A stretch of 64,000 nt of DNA from Rhodospirillaceae bacterium. GTDB taxonomy: Bacteria > Pseudomonadota > Alphaproteobacteria > Rhodospirillales > CALINB01. Below are positions 22,266-34,388 of this stretch, in pieces. Each line of letters starts with the position of its first letter. The stretch's first letter is position 1. The position numbers and the translations under genes were made by a program. The notes under the pieces are model-generated. The model saw nothing but the letters and a program-made list of their open reading frames with translations, made no database searches and was not told the origin of the DNA. The stretch covers positions 13,453 to 77,452 of the forward strand of contig JAYNQW010000014.1 in the NCBI GenBank assembly GCA_038114465.1, read 5' to 3'.

Positions 22266-22577
22266 TTAACCTTTCATCACATTCACGTCTTCAACCGCAA
22301 TGGAGCCACGATTACGGAAAAAGATAACAAGAATGGCAAGCCCGACGGCGGCCTCAGCGGCAGCAACGGTCAGCACAAACATCGCGAACACCTGGCCGAC
22401 CAAGTCATTAAGTTCGGCGGAGAATGCAACGAAATTAATATTCACGGCGAGCAACATCAGTTCGACTGACATCAGGATAATAATGACATTCTTCCGGTTC
22501 AGGAAAATGCCGAAAATCCCAAGCGCAAACAGGATTGCCGCAACAGTCAGATAATGAGCGAGGCCGACTTCTAACAT
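22266..22577 (-). CDS. nuoK: NADH-quinone oxidoreductase subunit K
   Basis: 103 aa protein with three TM segments in the expected operon position. Confidence 0.95.
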   Translation of the reverse strand: MLEVGLAHYLTVAAILFALGIFGIFLNRKNVIIILMSVELMLLAVNINFVAFSAELNDLVGQVFAMFVLTVAAAEAAVGLAILVIFFRNRGSIAVEDVNVMKG

Positions 22578-23191
22578 TAGACCCCCTCACCCGGCTTAAT
22601 TTGACGCACTTCGATCGTATCTTCCGGACGGCGTTTCAATTGATCGGAAATACGCTGACGGCGAACACCATCGCGGCGGCGGAACGTCAATACAATGGCG
22701 CCGATCATGGCGATTAAAAGAATAATACCGGCGGCCTGGAACAAATAAACATAATGCGTGTAAATCAACTCACCCAAGGCATGCGTGTTCGGCAGCAATT
22801 CCGGTGACGGCATGGGTGCCGCACCTTTTTTTGCCGCGACCGGTGAAATCACCCAGCCGCCGACAACAACAAGCAACTCAATAAGTAATATCAGGCCGAT
22901 CAAGCCGCCAATCGGCAGATATTGCAAAAAGCCTTCGCGCAATTCCGCAAAATTAATATCCAGCATCATCACGACAAAAAGAAACAGCACGCCGACTGCA
23001 CCGACATAGACAACAACCAAAATCATCGCCAGGAACTCGGCCCCCAGCAGCACGAACAATCCGCCGGCGTTAAAAAACGTCAGGATTAAAAACAGCACTG
23101 AATGCACGGGATTTCGCGCCGAGATAACCATCACGGCCGAAGCCACGGCGATCGTCGCGAAAAGGTAAAATGCGAGCGACTGTATAATCAT
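22577..23191 (-). CDS. nuoJ: NADH-quinone oxidoreductase subunit J
   Basis: 204 aa membrane subunit in the expected operon position. Confidence 0.9.
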   Translation of the reverse strand: MIIQSLAFYLFATIAVASAVMVISARNPVHSVLFLILTFFNAGGLFVLLGAEFLAMILVVVYVGAVGVLFLFVVMMLDINFAELREGFLQYLPIGGLIGLILLIELLVVVGGWVISPVAAKKGAAPMPSPELLPNTHALGELIYTHYVYLFQAAGIILLIAMIGAIVLTFRRRDGVRRQRISDQLKRRPEDTIEVRQIKPGEGV

Positions 23192-23215
23192 TACTGTTTC
23201 CTCATGGCCACACCC

Positions 23216-23704
23216 CTAACGATAGGGAGCATCCATGCGTAACCTTTCAGCTATTTCAGTTTCCCAACGCTCGCCATTCGCCAGCAAGCGGTCTTTATCA
23301 TATAAAAGTTCTTCACGGGTTTCCGTCGCGAATTCGAAATTCGGCCCTTCAACAATGGCGTCGACAGGGCAAGCTTCTTCACAAAAACCGCAATAAATAC
23401 ACTTCACCATATCGATATCGTAGCGGGTCGTGCGGCGGCTATCGTCATCACGCGGCTCGGCTTCAATCGTAATCGCTTGGGCCGGGCAAATCGCTTCACA
23501 AAGTTTACAGGCAATGCAACGCTCTTCACCATTCGGATACCGCCTCAGCGCGTGCTCGCCACGGAAGCGTGGGCTCAATGGACCTTTTTCATAAGGATAA
23601 TTCAGAGTCACGCTTGGCTTGAACATGTAACGCAATGTCAGCGCCATGCCTGAGATCAATTCCCAAAGAAGAAATGTTCGTGCGCCGCGATCAATAAAAC
23701 TCAT
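23216..23704 (-). CDS. nuoI: NADH-quinone oxidoreductase subunit I
   Basis: 162 aa with two 4Fe-4S ferredoxin motifs ([12 protein letters not shown] and [12 protein letters not shown]). Confidence 0.95.
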   Translation of the reverse strand: MSFIDRGARTFLLWELISGMALTLRYMFKPSVTLNYPYEKGPLSPRFRGEHALRRYPNGEERCIACKLCEAICPAQAITIEAEPRDDDSRRTTRYDIDMVKCIYCGFCEEACPVDAIVEGPNFEFATETREELLYDKDRLLANGERWETEIAERLRMDAPYR

Positions 23705-23713
23705 GACGACAAC

Positions 23714-24730
23714 CTATCCTCTCACCGGAGCCATATCGAAGGCAATTAGAACACCGGCAACAATCACTACGCCCGCAAGTGACAACGGCAAGAAAACTTT
23801 CCAACCCAACCGCATCAGTTGGTCGTAGCGGTACCGGGGGAACGTTGCGCGGACCCATAAAAATAAGAACAAACAAAACGAAATCTTTAAAGCAAACCAA
23901 ACCGGACCCGGTACCCAGGTAAAGGGTGCAATATTGAAAGGTGGCCACCAACCACCCAGGAACAAGATACTGGTCATCGCCGACATCAAAATCATGAAGC
24001 CGTATTCCCCAAGGAAAAACAGCGCAAACGTCATCGATGAGTATTCGACGTTATAGCCTGATACCAGCTCGGCTTCGGCTTCCGGCAGGTCAAATGGGTG
24101 ACGATTGGTTTCAGCCAGCGTGGAAATGAAGAAGATTACGGCCATCGGCAATAAGGGAATAACGAACCACATATTTTTTTGTGCCATGACGATGTCACTT
24201 AAGTTCAGCGAGCCGACACACAACAGCACCGTGATGATGATAAAGCCCATCGAAACTTCATAAGAAACCATCTGTGCCGCCGAGCGGATGGCACCTAAAA
24301 ACGCATATTTGGAGTTACTCGCCCAGCCGGCCATCAAAATGCCGTAAACAGCAAGCGAAGAAATGGCGAACAGATACAGTATGCCAACATTGATGTCGGC
24401 CAGCACCAATCCATCGGAAAAAGGAATCACGGCCCATGCCATCATCGAAAGCATAAAAGTCACGCAAGGTGCCACAATGAAGACACCCTTGTTCGCGCCA
24501 GTGGGCACGATGGTCTCTTTCATGAACAATTTGAGACCGTCCGCAAGCGGTTGAAGCAATCCAAACGGCCCGACGACGTTCGGCCCCTTGCGCAATTGCA
24601 TAGCGGCAATGACTTTGCGCTCGGCGTACGTCAAATATGCAATTGCCAGAAGCAATGGCACGACGATCGCGAGGATCTTAATAACGATCCAAACGGTTGG
24701 CTCTACATATCCTGTCCAAAAACTAGCCAT
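23714..24730 (-). CDS. nuoH: NADH-quinone oxidoreductase subunit H
   Basis: 338 aa ND1-like membrane subunit. It overlaps nuoG by 8 nt. Confidence 0.95.
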   Translation of the reverse strand: MASFWTGYVEPTVWIVIKILAIVVPLLLAIAYLTYAERKVIAAMQLRKGPNVVGPFGLLQPLADGLKLFMKETIVPTGANKGVFIVAPCVTFMLSMMAWAVIPFSDGLVLADINVGILYLFAISSLAVYGILMAGWASNSKYAFLGAIRSAAQMVSYEVSMGFIIITVLLCVGSLNLSDIVMAQKNMWFVIPLLPMAVIFFISTLAETNRHPFDLPEAEAELVSGYNVEYSSMTFALFFLGEYGFMILMSAMTSILFLGGWWPPFNIAPFTWVPGPVWFALKISFCLFLFLWVRATFPRYRYDQLMRLGWKVFLPLSLAGVVIVAGVLIAFDMAPVRG

Positions 24731-26792
24731 CGGTGCCGGTTTTCTCCGTTTGCTTCAAATAAGTTTCTGCGCACTGCGCCATCGTAACGGAAGCCCGGCT
24801 GATCGGGTCTGTCATGTAAAAATTATTGATTGGCGAAACGAACGGTGCGTTATCCATTGCCCCTTCCGATCCGAAGGTTTCCCAAGACGTCGGTACAGTC
24901 GTATCCAACGCGTCATTAAAGTTGGCATTGACTTGCCCAAGCCGTTCTCGGACCTGTTCAATGGTGTCATAAGGCAATGCTTTGCCGAGTTTTTCGGAAA
25001 GGGCCCGGATGATTTTCCAATCTTCACGCGCTTCACCCGGCGGGAATGCCGCCAAACGGGCCCGTTGCACGCGCCCTTCGGTATTCACATATGTGGCGTT
25101 CTTTTCCGTATAAGCGGCACCGGGCAAAATAACATCGGCACGATTAGCGCCGGCATCGCCGTGATGCCCCTGATAAATAACAAAGGCATCGCCGAGACGG
25201 TCCATATCGATTTCATCGGCCTCTAAGAGATAAACAACATTCAAACCGCCGCCGCCGGCCGATTCATAAATACCGTCAAGGTCACGGCCGTTTTTCCCGG
25301 GCACGAAACCAAGCTCTAAGGCGCCGACCCGCGCTGCCGCCGTATGCAACACGTTAAAGCCCTTCCAATTATCAGCATCATTGATCACACCGATTTGCTC
25401 GGCGAGCTTCCGGGCCGCAGCAAGTACGGCAGCCCCATCAGGCCTTGCCAAAGCGCCCATACCGAGAATCAACATCGGTCGTTCGGCATTTTTCAAAACA
25501 TCGGTAAAACTATGTTGCCCAGCCAATAACTCATTTAATGTCGCCGGCCCTTCACCGAGGTACGTATTTTTGTAATTCAATTCGACATTCGGGCCGATAA
25601 CACCGACCGAAAAGTTGCCTTGCAGATAACGCTTACGGATACGCGCATTAATGATCGGCGCTTCCCATCGCGGGTTCGTGCCAATAAGCAACAGAGCGTC
25701 GGCCTGATCGATGCCGGCAATTGTCGAATTAAAGAGATAACCCGAACGCTTATCCGGTTCAATTTTGGCGCCGTCCTGGCGGCATTCCAAATGAGGCGAA
25801 CCTAACGCAGTCATCAGATCCTTTAAGGCAACCATCGCTTCACAATCGGCTTGATCACCGGCAATTGCCGCGATTTGCGTGCCTTGAATAGCATTGAACT
25901 TTTCGGCAATGGCATCGAATGCTTCGTCCCAACTGGCTGCTTCCAACTTTCCATTGCGGCGAACGTAAGGCTGATCCAAGCGCTGGCGTTTTAATCCATC
26001 GCAAGCAAACCGGGTTTTATCGGATATCCACTCTTCATTGACGTCTTCGTTCAATCGCGGCAACACCCGCATGACTTCCATGCCGCGGGTATCGACACGA
26101 ATGTTACTGCCGACCGCGTCCATGACATCAACAGACTCGGTTTTTTTGAGTTCCCAAGAACGAGCAGCAAAGGCATACGGTTTGTTCGTCAAAGCGCCGA
26201 CAGGACAAAGATCAATGATGTTGCCTGAGAGTTCCGAAGTAAGTGCTTTCTCGACATAGGTGCCGACTTCCATATGCTCACCCCGCCCCGTCGCACCCAA
26301 TTCCGGCACGCCGGCAATTTCGGTCGCAAAACGGATGCAACGCGTGCAGTGAATGCAGCGGGTCATAATCGTTTTAACGAGCGGACCAATGTTTTTATCT
26401 TTCACCGCCCGCTTCTTTTCCTGATAGCGGCTAATGCCGAGGCCATACCCGAGGGCCTGGTCTTGAAGGTCGCATTCACCACCCTGATCGCAAATCGGGC
26501 AATCGAGCGGATGGTTGATCAGCAGGAACTCCATCACGCCCCGGCGCATTTTTTCGACCTCGGGCGTATTGGTGTAAATCACCATGCCCTCACCGACAGG
26601 CATCGCACACGACGCGACAGGCTTCGGCGATTTTTCCATAGCAACAAGACACATCCGGCAATTGCCGGCAATCGAGAGACGTTCGTGATAACAAAAACGC
26701 GGAATTTCAGCACCGGCTTGCTCGCAAGCCTGCAGGATCGTAATCCCTGCTTCGACTTCGATTTCTTTACCGTCAATGGTGACTTTCGGCAT
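24723..26792 (-). CDS. nuoG: NADH-quinone oxidoreductase subunit G
   Basis: 689 aa with an N-terminal 2Fe-2S cluster plus 4Fe-4S Cys clusters and a molybdopterin-oxidoreductase-like domain. Confidence 0.95.
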   Translation of the reverse strand: MPKVTIDGKEIEVEAGITILQACEQAGAEIPRFCYHERLSIAGNCRMCLVAMEKSPKPVASCAMPVGEGMVIYTNTPEVEKMRRGVMEFLLINHPLDCPICDQGGECDLQDQALGYGLGISRYQEKKRAVKDKNIGPLVKTIMTRCIHCTRCIRFATEIAGVPELGATGRGEHMEVGTYVEKALTSELSGNIIDLCPVGALTNKPYAFAARSWELKKTESVDVMDAVGSNIRVDTRGMEVMRVLPRLNEDVNEEWISDKTRFACDGLKRQRLDQPYVRRNGKLEAASWDEAFDAIAEKFNAIQGTQIAAIAGDQADCEAMVALKDLMTALGSPHLECRQDGAKIEPDKRSGYLFNSTIAGIDQADALLLIGTNPRWEAPIINARIRKRYLQGNFSVGVIGPNVELNYKNTYLGEGPATLNELLAGQHSFTDVLKNAERPMLILGMGALARPDGAAVLAAARKLAEQIGVINDADNWKGFNVLHTAAARVGALELGFVPGKNGRDLDGIYESAGGGGLNVVYLLEADEIDMDRLGDAFVIYQGHHGDAGANRADVILPGAAYTEKNATYVNTEGRVQRARLAAFPPGEAREDWKIIRALSEKLGKALPYDTIEQVRERLGQVNANFNDALDTTVPTSWETFGSEGAMDNAPFVSPINNFYMTDPISRASVTMAQCAETYLKQTEKTGTDG

Positions 26793-26806
26793 GTCTATCC
26801 TATTCC

Positions 26807-28096
26807 TTATGCCGCCGCGTTTACATTCGATGCGCCGTTATCGGCAATCCGTTTTTCCATTTCAGGCCGAAAATGCCTGATCAACCCTTGAACCGGCCAT
26901 GCCGCCGCATCGCCTAATGCACAAATCGTGTGACCTTCGATTTGGAATGTGACCTCTTCGAGCAAATCAATTTCTTCAATGGTCGCCGTGCCTTTGACCA
27001 TGCGGTCCATCATACGCGCAAGCCATCCCGTGCCTTCACGGCACGGCGTGCATTGGCCGCAACTTTCGTGCGTATAAAAATGCGACAATCGCGCAATAGC
27101 TTGAATAATATCGACGGATTGATCCATCACCATGACGGCGGCCGTACCGAGACCGGACTTCACTTCACGCAAGGAATCGAAATCCATCAAAACGGTATCG
27201 CAAATCGATTTTGGTAAAACCGGCACCGACGCGCCGCCCGGAATGATCGCTAATAAGTTATCCCAGCCGCCACGCACGCCGCCGCAGTGCTTTTCGATCA
27301 ATTCCTTCAGCGGTATGCCCATTTCCTCTTCAACCGTGCACGGGTTGTTGACGTGGCCCGATATGTTAAAGAGTTTGGTGCCGGTGTTGTTCGGTCGGCC
27401 CAAGTTGGCAAACCAAGAAGCGCCCCGGCGCATGATTTCCGGCGCAACCGCAATCGACTCGACGTTATTGACCGTGCTCGGGCAACCATAAAGGCCGACA
27501 TTGGCCGGGAACGGCGGCTTCAAGCGTGGCTGGCCTTTTTTGCCTTCAAGACTTTCAATCAATGCTGTTTCTTCGCCGCAAATATAAGCGCCGGAGCCAC
27601 GATGAACGAAGAAGTCAAAGTCCCAACCCGATCCGCAGGCATTTTTACCAATCAAACCGGCTTCATACGCTTCATCCACGGCGCGCTGCAATGCTTCCGT
27701 CTCGCGGTAAAACTCGCCACGGACGTAACAATAAGCGGCATTAGCGCCCATCGCGAAACTTGCAACCAATGCGCCTTCGATCAGCTTATGCGGATCATGG
27801 CGCATAATTTCACGGTCTTTACAGGTGCCCGGCTCACCCTCATCGGCATTAATCACCAAATAATGCGGACGACCGTCAGACTCTTTTGGCATAAACGACC
27901 ATTTTAATCCGGTGCTGAATCCGGCACCGCCACGCCCACGCAAGCCGGAGTCCTTAATCTCTTCGATAATCGCTTCGCGGCCTTTTGAGAGTATTTCCTT
28001 CGTGCCGTCCCAATCACCGCGGGCGCGGGCGCCGGCCAGGAACGGATCGTTTAACCCGTATATATTTGTGAAGATGCGGTCTTTGTCTTTCAACAT
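26807..28096 (-). CDS. nuoF: NADH-quinone oxidoreductase subunit F
   Basis: 429 aa with FMN/NADH-binding motifs (GRGGAGF) and the [12 protein letters not shown] 4Fe-4S motif. Confidence 0.95.
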   Translation of the reverse strand: MLKDKDRIFTNIYGLNDPFLAGARARGDWDGTKEILSKGREAIIEEIKDSGLRGRGGAGFSTGLKWSFMPKESDGRPHYLVINADEGEPGTCKDREIMRHDPHKLIEGALVASFAMGANAAYCYVRGEFYRETEALQRAVDEAYEAGLIGKNACGSGWDFDFFVHRGSGAYICGEETALIESLEGKKGQPRLKPPFPANVGLYGCPSTVNNVESIAVAPEIMRRGASWFANLGRPNNTGTKLFNISGHVNNPCTVEEEMGIPLKELIEKHCGGVRGGWDNLLAIIPGGASVPVLPKSICDTVLMDFDSLREVKSGLGTAAVMVMDQSVDIIQAIARLSHFYTHESCGQCTPCREGTGWLARMMDRMVKGTATIEEIDLLEEVTFQIEGHTICALGDAAAWPVQGLIRHFRPEMEKRIADNGASNVNAAA

Positions 28097-28106
28097 TGCC
28101 TGTTAC

Positions 28107-28721
28107 CTATTCTTTACCCTTCACGGTTTCGAGTTCAGTGAGCGACGTTAATCCACCGACGGGCTCGCAGCTTTTCCGTCCAATCTGCGAACCGGGTTTC
28201 GGTGTACCGCCCGCCTTTAATACACTTAAAATCGATTCCGTGCTGTCGGCATCCAAGTCTTCGTAATAATCATCGTCGATTTGCATCATCGGCGCGTTGA
28301 CGCACGCGCCTAAGCATTCCATCTCATTAACCGTAAACTTGCCGTCTTCAGTTGTTTCGCCCGCACCAATGCCCAGAACTTTCTTGCAGGTTTTCATCAC
28401 CTCATCAGAACCGCGCAGCCAACACGGTAAATTTGTGCAGACTTGGACATGGTGCTTACCGATCGGATGCAGGTTATACATTGTGTAAAATGTCGCGACT
28501 TCGTAAACACGTATCACCGGCATATCGAGCATCTCGGCAATAACATCCATCGCGGGCTGTGAAACCCAACCGTCGTTTTGACGCTGCGCCAAATCGAGCA
28601 ACGGCATCACCGCGCTGGCCTGACGGCCTTCAGGATACTTGGCAATAATTGCTTTAGCCTTCTCGAGGTTTTCCTGCGAGAACGCAAAACTGGTGGGTTG
28701 CGAAACGGATTGATCCGTCAT
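28107..28721 (-). CDS. nuoE: NADH-quinone oxidoreductase subunit E
   Basis: 204 aa thioredoxin-like 2Fe-2S subunit (C..C...CLGAC). Confidence 0.95.
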   Translation of the reverse strand: MTDQSVSQPTSFAFSQENLEKAKAIIAKYPEGRQASAVMPLLDLAQRQNDGWVSQPAMDVIAEMLDMPVIRVYEVATFYTMYNLHPIGKHHVQVCTNLPCWLRGSDEVMKTCKKVLGIGAGETTEDGKFTVNEMECLGACVNAPMMQIDDDYYEDLDADSTESILSVLKAGGTPKPGSQIGRKSCEPVGGLTSLTELETVKGKE

Positions 28722-29896
28722 CGGTCAATCTCCCCAAACACAATATCAAGCGACCCTAGGTTAGCGACAACGTCAGCAAGCATATGGCCTTTCGACATGT
28801 GCTCAAGTGCTTGCAAGTGCGGGAACCCTGGTGCGCGAATTTTGCAACGGTATGGACGGTTTGTGCCATCAGACATGAGATAAACGGCAAACTCTCCCTT
28901 TGGCGCTTCAACCGCGCCATAGGTTTCACCCGCCGGCACGTGGTAGCCTTCGGTATAAAGTTTAAAGTGATTAATTAACGCCTCCATGGAATGTTTCATG
29001 GATTCACGTGGTGGCGGCGAGATTTTGTGACTTTGCGTTTTCACCGGACCCGGCGGCATCGTATCAAGACACTGCTTCATTATCTTGACGGCTTCGCGCA
29101 ATTCGGCAACTCGGACCAAGTAGCGGTCATAGCAATCACCGTTTTTACCAATCGGTACGTCAAAATCCATGTCGGCATAACTGTCGTAGGGTTGCGCCTT
29201 TCGCAGGTCCCAAGGAACGCCGGATGCGCGCAGACATGGCCCGGTCAGCCCCCAATCAAGGGCGTCATCGGCCGAAATTATGCCGATATCGACGCAGCGT
29301 TGTTTGAAAATCCGGTTTTCCGTTAATAACGTTTCGACATCATCAATAAATGACGGCGCTTGCTCGATCCATTCATAGATATCATCGGCAAGGTCCGCCG
29401 GCATGTCGCGCGCCACACCACCGGGCCGGAAATACCCCATATGCAAACGCGCGCCACTGACCCGCTCGCAGAAATTCATCAGAATTTCTCGTTGTTCGAG
29501 TCCATACAACATCGGCGTCATTGCCCCGACATCCATCGCGAACGCAACGACATTGAAAATATGATTAAGTGAGCGGCCGATTTCGGCAAACAACACGCGG
29601 ATGTGTTGTCCGCGTGGCGGCACTTCGATACCGAGAAGATTTTCCGTTGCAATAGCAAAAGCGTGCTCTTGATTTTGCGGCGCGACGTAATCGAGGCGGT
29701 CGAAATACGGTACGGCTTGGAGGTAAGATTTGTATTCGATAAGCTTTTCGGTACCTCGATGCAGCAACCCGATATGGGGGTCGGCCCGCTCGATAATTTC
29801 ACCATCCATCTCTAGCACAAGACGGAGCACGCCGTGCGCCGCCGGGTGCTGCGGCCCGAAATTCAGTGTGTAGTTTTTGATCTGGGTTTCAGCCAT
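28718..29896 (-). CDS. nuoD: NADH-quinone oxidoreductase subunit D
   Basis: 392 aa 49-kDa-type subunit ([15 protein letters not shown]). Confidence 0.95.
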   Translation of the reverse strand: MAETQIKNYTLNFGPQHPAAHGVLRLVLEMDGEIIERADPHIGLLHRGTEKLIEYKSYLQAVPYFDRLDYVAPQNQEHAFAIATENLLGIEVPPRGQHIRVLFAEIGRSLNHIFNVVAFAMDVGAMTPMLYGLEQREILMNFCERVSGARLHMGYFRPGGVARDMPADLADDIYEWIEQAPSFIDDVETLLTENRIFKQRCVDIGIISADDALDWGLTGPCLRASGVPWDLRKAQPYDSYADMDFDVPIGKNGDCYDRYLVRVAELREAVKIMKQCLDTMPPGPVKTQSHKISPPPRESMKHSMEALINHFKLYTEGYHVPAGETYGAVEAPKGEFAVYLMSDGTNRPYRCKIRAPGFPHLQALEHMSKGHMLADVVANLGSLDIVFGEIDR

Positions 29897-30525
29897 TAGC
29901 TGTCCCCCTCGGCCTGTTCTTGCGGCTCGGCTTTTTCATCACCTGGCAGCCGCACATCAACCCCTTCCCAGGGGCTTAGGAAATCAAAATTACGGAATTC
30001 CTGCGTTAATTTCACAGGCTCGTACACAACACGCTTTTGTTCATCGTCGTATCGTATTTCGACATAGCCTGTGAGTGGAAAATCTTTGCGAAGAGGATGC
30101 CCCTCAAACCCATAATCGGTCATGATGCGGCGCAAATCCGGATGGTCGGAAAACGGGATGCCGAATAAATCCCACGTTTCGCGTTCATACCAATTCGCCG
30201 CACTGAAAACCCCCGTCACAGACGGCACAGGCGTTGCTGCATCCGTTTCAATTTTGACGCGAATACGTTGATTTTGTGTCAGGCTTAATAGGTTATAAAC
30301 GACATCGAACCGGTTTTGCCGTTCCGGAAAATCGACACCGCAGACATCGACCAGTTGCTTAAACTGACAATTCGGCTCATCGCGCAAATAAGTTAGTACG
30401 CCAACGATTGATTCCCGCCGGACATATAGAATAAGCGCATTATTCTTGATTTCATGGCGCTCAACATCTTGCGGCAGTGCAGCTGCAATGTAGTCACCAA
30501 GTTCACGTAGTGGGGCCAAATCCAT
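29896..30525 (-). CDS. nuoC: NADH-quinone oxidoreductase subunit C
   Basis: 209 aa 30-kDa-type subunit, encoded separately from nuoD. Confidence 0.95.
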   Translation of the reverse strand: MDLAPLRELGDYIAAALPQDVERHEIKNNALILYVRRESIVGVLTYLRDEPNCQFKQLVDVCGVDFPERQNRFDVVYNLLSLTQNQRIRVKIETDAATPVPSVTGVFSAANWYERETWDLFGIPFSDHPDLRRIMTDYGFEGHPLRKDFPLTGYVEIRYDDEQKRVVYEPVKLTQEFRNFDFLSPWEGVDVRLPGDEKAEPQEQAEGDS

Positions 30526-30576
30526 ACTGCTATTTCTATTCTTGCTTCGGGACGAGCCCCTCAGTTAACGCCAAAA

Positions 30577-31107
30577 TTATCGTCTCAACGTACCAGTGCG
30601 TTGAATCTTTTTCTGTAATTGCAATACGCCATACAGCAAGGCTTCCGCTGTTGGCGGACAGCCCGGCACATAAATATCGACCGGCACGACCCGGTCACAA
30701 CCGCGCACAACCGAATAAGAATAATGATAATAGCCACCGCCGTTCGCACATGATCCCATGGATATCACGTAACGCGGCTCTGCCATCTGATCATAAACCT
30801 TGCGAAATGCCGGCGCCATTTTATTGGTCAACGTACCGGCAACGATAATCACATCCGATTGACGCGGGCTCGGACGGAAAACGACGCCGAAACGGTCGAG
30901 ATCATAACGGCTCGCCGCCGTGTGCATCATTTCAACGGCACAGCACGCCAAACCAAATGTCATCGGCCATAATGAGCCGGTCCGTGCCCATGTCACGAGC
31001 TTATCGACACTGGAAACGATAAAGCCTTTATCTTGCAGTTCACCGGTGACGCGTTTTAACACGGCGTCTTGGTCGGCTCCGGGCGCTAACGGTTGTTCAG
31101 CGTTCAT
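30577..31107 (-). CDS. nuoB: NADH-quinone oxidoreductase subunit B
   Basis: 176 aa PSST-type subunit with GLACCAVEM and the CPP Cys motifs for cluster N2. Confidence 0.95.
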   Translation of the reverse strand: MNAEQPLAPGADQDAVLKRVTGELQDKGFIVSSVDKLVTWARTGSLWPMTFGLACCAVEMMHTAASRYDLDRFGVVFRPSPRQSDVIIVAGTLTNKMAPAFRKVYDQMAEPRYVISMGSCANGGGYYHYSYSVVRGCDRVVPVDIYVPGCPPTAEALLYGVLQLQKKIQRTGTLRR

Positions 31108-31115
31108 TTAAGCCT

Positions 31116-31481
31116 CTACTCCCATTCCAAGGCACCCTTCCGCCATTCATAAATAAAGCCGATGGTGAGTATGGCCAAAAAGACCATCATCGACCAAAAC
31201 CCGAAGACGCCTATTTTTCCGAGACTAACGGCCCAGGGAAACAAAAACGCGACTTCGAGATCGAAAATAATAAAGAGAATGGCAACGAGATAAAAACGAA
31301 CGTCAAATCGGTTGCGGGAGTCTTCAAAAGCCTCAAAACCGCATTCATACGCCGAGTCCTTTTCCGTATCAGGACGTTGTTTCGCTAAAATATAGGACCC
31401 GGCAACCATCGCGATCGTCAAACCGGCGGCTAGTCCGAGAAATATCAAAATCGGCAAGTATTCGTTAAGTATCGTGTTCAT
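31116..31481 (-). CDS. nuoA: NADH-quinone oxidoreductase subunit A
   Basis: 121 aa ND3-like protein and the first gene of the operon. Confidence 0.95.
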   Translation of the reverse strand: MNTILNEYLPILIFLGLAAGLTIAMVAGSYILAKQRPDTEKDSAYECGFEAFEDSRNRFDVRFYLVAILFIIFDLEVAFLFPWAVSLGKIGVFGFWSMMVFLAILTIGFIYEWRKGALEWE

Positions 31482-31555
31482 GGCCAGGTCCTTCGGATCA
31501 TTACTTTTCCGTTGTGGTCCTTCATTTTTGACCCGTCACCTTAACACGACGAGAG

Positions 31556-31632
31556 TGGCGGGAGCGACGGGACTCGAACCCGCGGCCTCTGGCGTGACAG
31601 GCCAGCGCTCTAACCAACTGAGCTACGCCCCC
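31556..31632 (-). tRNA. tRNA-Asp (anticodon GTC)
   Basis: I hand-folded the reverse complement. It has a 7-bp acceptor stem GGGGGCG/CGCTCCC with one G-U pair, an anticodon stem CTGGC/GCCAG with loop CTGTCAC, a TTCGAGT T-loop, discriminator G and an encoded CCA. Confidence 0.9.
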
Positions 31633-31639
31633 ATCTCAA

Positions 31640-31735
31640 AATTTCCCAGCCCTAAACGGTTTGGGCTTGGGTTCATGTACCCCTCCCCCAGAGGGGTGTC
31701 AAGCAACGTCACGGCTCCCGGATGACTGGGAAATT
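31640..31735. other. Structured intergenic element: a 10-bp inverted repeat enclosing internal hairpins
   Basis: AATTTCCCAG (31640-31649) pairs with CTGGGAAATT (31726-31735). Inside is a perfect 7-bp hairpin ACCCCTC-ccccа-GAGGGGT at 31679-31697, written here with loop cccca. The function is unknown. Confidence 0.3.
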
Positions 31736-31818
31736 CAAGGGTTTCAAAGGATTGAACGCCTCTTGATCTGTCAGGTTTGAGCGAATCGAGGATAGGTGCC
31801 AATAATCGGCGGAATTCC

Positions 31819-32934
31819 TTACTCAGCGGCACCCTTGAGAGCCGTTTGCGGCACAGTAAACCTGACAGGTTTTTCGAGCGCCAGGGATTCGAGTTTTTCC
31901 TCATCGACCTCAGGATAATACCCGGCGGGGATAATCATTTCTCCATGCTCGAATCGCAACCCTTCCTTGAAGATCTCATCATTGAGCTTGAGGAAGCCGT
32001 TATATTCTCCGGCATTGTCGATACAATCCTTGGCGACCGCCGCTTCCATCCAGTTGCCGATTTCCATGCCGGTACCGTCACCGAGGATGGCCTGCATACC
32101 GAGTTCCTTACACCGCTCAATCCCCTGCTTGAGTAATGTCAGGCTGCCGCTGCGTTTGAGCTTCACTTTGCACATGCCGACACCGTCGATCGTGCCCGCG
32201 CGTTCGACTTCATTCAGCGTCGAGATCGATTCATCGAGCATTAACGGCACCGTGGAAACCTTGGCGACGGCGGCGTTGTCGTCCCACGCATCCGCCGCAC
32301 AGGGTTGCTCAAAATGCATTATGCTATCGGGATCTAGGTTCGATGCGAATTCGCAGCCTTGCTCGCGGGTGTAGCCACGGTTTGCGTCCAGCCTTAATTC
32401 AGCACGGCCTTTATTCGCCTTTTGAATGGCGGCCATGTATTCGAGATCAATTTCTACCGTGTCACTCGGCTTACCGACTTTAATTTTTAAAGTTTTGTAT
32501 CCATCTTTGAGGTGCTGTTCGACTTCATTTTCGATGTCGTCGCCAAGGCGCGAATTAAACGGTGTTAGCAACGGCAGACGCGTTTCTTCGTTGAAATGCA
32601 AAATTGGATGATCTTCCATCATCTCAATCGCCGGCACGATGGCCGAAATCGCCATTTTGCTCTCGAGCAACTGCTCCAACAGCATTTTTTTGGCGTCTTC
32701 ACTATCCATGCCGGCGATTTTTTCCGCCGCATCAAGAGAAAATTGATAGCCGCTTTCCGGGGTTTCCTTACTTGCCCCCGGTGAAATGTTCGATTCACCC
32801 CAGCCGATCCGGCCATCGGCCCCGCGCACCTCGACGATCACCGGATCAAACGTGGTGTACGTTTTATAAGCCACCGCATAAGGCGTATGCAGCGCCATGC
32901 TGATCTTATGAATTGTGACTTCCTGGATTTTCAT
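31819..32934 (-). CDS. Enolase-superfamily enzyme, MLE subgroup (dipeptide epimerase / N-acylamino-acid racemase-like)
   Basis: KxK motif LKIKVG, metal ligands in RLDANRGY, FEQPC and LMLDES, and a second catalytic Lys in KVKLKRSG. I chose the ATG at 32934, which is preceded by GAGGGAG, over 32982. Confidence 0.8.
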   Translation of the reverse strand: MKIQEVTIHKISMALHTPYAVAYKTYTTFDPVIVEVRGADGRIGWGESNISPGASKETPESGYQFSLDAAEKIAGMDSEDAKKMLLEQLLESKMAISAIVPAIEMMEDHPILHFNEETRLPLLTPFNSRLGDDIENEVEQHLKDGYKTLKIKVGKPSDTVEIDLEYMAAIQKANKGRAELRLDANRGYTREQGCEFASNLDPDSIMHFEQPCAADAWDDNAAVAKVSTVPLMLDESISTLNEVERAGTIDGVGMCKVKLKRSGSLTLLKQGIERCKELGMQAILGDGTGMEIGNWMEAAVAKDCIDNAGEYNGFLKLNDEIFKEGLRFEHGEMIIPAGYYPEVDEEKLESLALEKPVRFTVPQTALKGAAE

Positions 32935-32988
32935 CGTTGCGCTCCCTCGGTTAATGCACCCAAACCCTAGCAACCCCGCCAAAACGGG

Positions 32989-33867
32989 TCAACGCGCCAT
33001 CGCATCATATTGTTCTTCAAGCGCACGGACCTTGTCCCACTCGACGACCTTTTCCAAATCTTCGAACGTGGAAAGTTGATCCATCACACCGCCGAGACTC
33101 CCTGTATTGTATACTTCTTCTAATACGGCGCCGCAGGCTTTCATGGCGGCAAACATCAAGGCCGTTGGATAAATTACCAACTTGTGGCCGCAATCGGCGA
33201 GTTCCTTGATATCCATATCCGGAGATCGACCACTTGAATCGCGATGAAACATCAACGGTATATTAAAACGCCCTTTGAGACTTTGAATTTGCTCGACCGT
33301 TAACGGCGGCACGATAAAAAGCATATCCGCTCCCGCCTCTTCAAACGCATGGCATCGGTCCATGGCTTCATCGAACGTGTCGATGTGGGCCGCGTCGGTC
33401 CGTGCGATAACGAGAAAGTCCGGATCGGTCCGCGCGTCCAACGCGGATTTCACTTTACTCAGCATTTCTTCCAAACTGATAAGTGCCTTGCCTGCCAATA
33501 ATCCGCAACGCTTCGGTGATTGCTGGTCTTCGATATGCACACCGGCGACACCGGCGCGCTCGAATGCCCTGACCGCCCGGCGCACGTTCAACGCGTTGCC
33601 GTAACCATTGTCCGCATCTGCCACGAGAGGGAGCCCCGTCGCGGCCACGATGCCGGCCGCGTGATCGACCATTTCATCCATCGTGGTAATGCCGACGTCG
33701 GGACTTCCCAGAACCACCGCTGTGGTTGCCGTGCCACCCATATAAAGCACATCAAACCCCTGCCGGGCAGCGATCTGCCCCGTTAACGCATCAAACACGC
33801 CGGGGGCAGTTATGATGTCATTCTGTTTAAGAAGTTTTCGAAGCCGTGTTGTCGTTCTTTCAACCAT
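32989..33867 (-). CDS. Isocitrate lyase/PEP mutase family protein (2-methylisocitrate lyase / oxaloacetate decarboxylase-like)
   Basis: 292 aa with DADNGYGNALNV, GVHIEDQ..PKRCG and IARTDA motifs characteristic of the ICL/PEPM superfamily. Confidence 0.8.
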   Translation of the reverse strand: MVERTTTRLRKLLKQNDIITAPGVFDALTGQIAARQGFDVLYMGGTATTAVVLGSPDVGITTMDEMVDHAAGIVAATGLPLVADADNGYGNALNVRRAVRAFERAGVAGVHIEDQQSPKRCGLLAGKALISLEEMLSKVKSALDARTDPDFLVIARTDAAHIDTFDEAMDRCHAFEEAGADMLFIVPPLTVEQIQSLKGRFNIPLMFHRDSSGRSPDMDIKELADCGHKLVIYPTALMFAAMKACGAVLEEVYNTGSLGGVMDQLSTFEDLEKVVEWDKVRALEEQYDAMAR

Positions 33868-33941
33868 GGTATTTCCAACGATTTGTTAATGATCAATTGT
33901 TAGCATCATTCACGAGACACTCCCTCACGGCAAGGCGCTAA

Positions 33942-34334
33942 ATGCTGAAACTCTGCAATCTTGAAGAAATTCCGGACGGTGAAGCTCGCGGCTTTTGCGT
34001 CGAAGGCCCTCAGCTCGCTCAACGGCTTATTGTCATTCGTCAAGGCCAGGAAGTATTGGGTTATGTCGATTATTGCCCGCATACGGGATCACGGCTCGAC
34101 CCAGGCCGAAATAGATTTTTAGATGACGCCGGCATATTCATCTGCTGCGCCATCCATGGTGCTTTATTTAAAATCAAAGACGGTGAGTGTGTTGACGGGC
34201 CGTGCTTTGGCGACAAGCTGATCCCCGCTCCGGTTCAAGCTAAAGACGGCAGCATCTATTTGGAACACGATAACGTCGAACTTGTCGACGAACTCTCTCA
34301 GTGGATGTCGGATTTAGAACCAAAAACCGGCTGA
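33942..34334 (+). CDS. Small Rieske [2Fe-2S] domain protein (ferredoxin-like)
   Basis: 130 aa with C-P-H ... C-A-I-H Rieske ligand motifs (YCPHTG ... CCAIHGALF). There is no oxygenase catalytic domain. Confidence 0.8.
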   Translation: MLKLCNLEEIPDGEARGFCVEGPQLAQRLIVIRQGQEVLGYVDYCPHTGSRLDPGRNRFLDDAGIFICCAIHGALFKIKDGECVDGPCFGDKLIPAPVQAKDGSIYLEHDNVELVDELSQWMSDLEPKTG

Positions 34335-34388
34335 CACTCTATTTGCCCTTCGGTGGACAGTCCCAACGCCCCATGTCATGATTGCCGT

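Noticed and set aside
31474-31904. ORFs 31474..31725 (+) and 31623..31904 (-) around tRNA-Asp
   Set aside because: They overlap the tRNA gene and the structured intergenic element and have no coding-like features.
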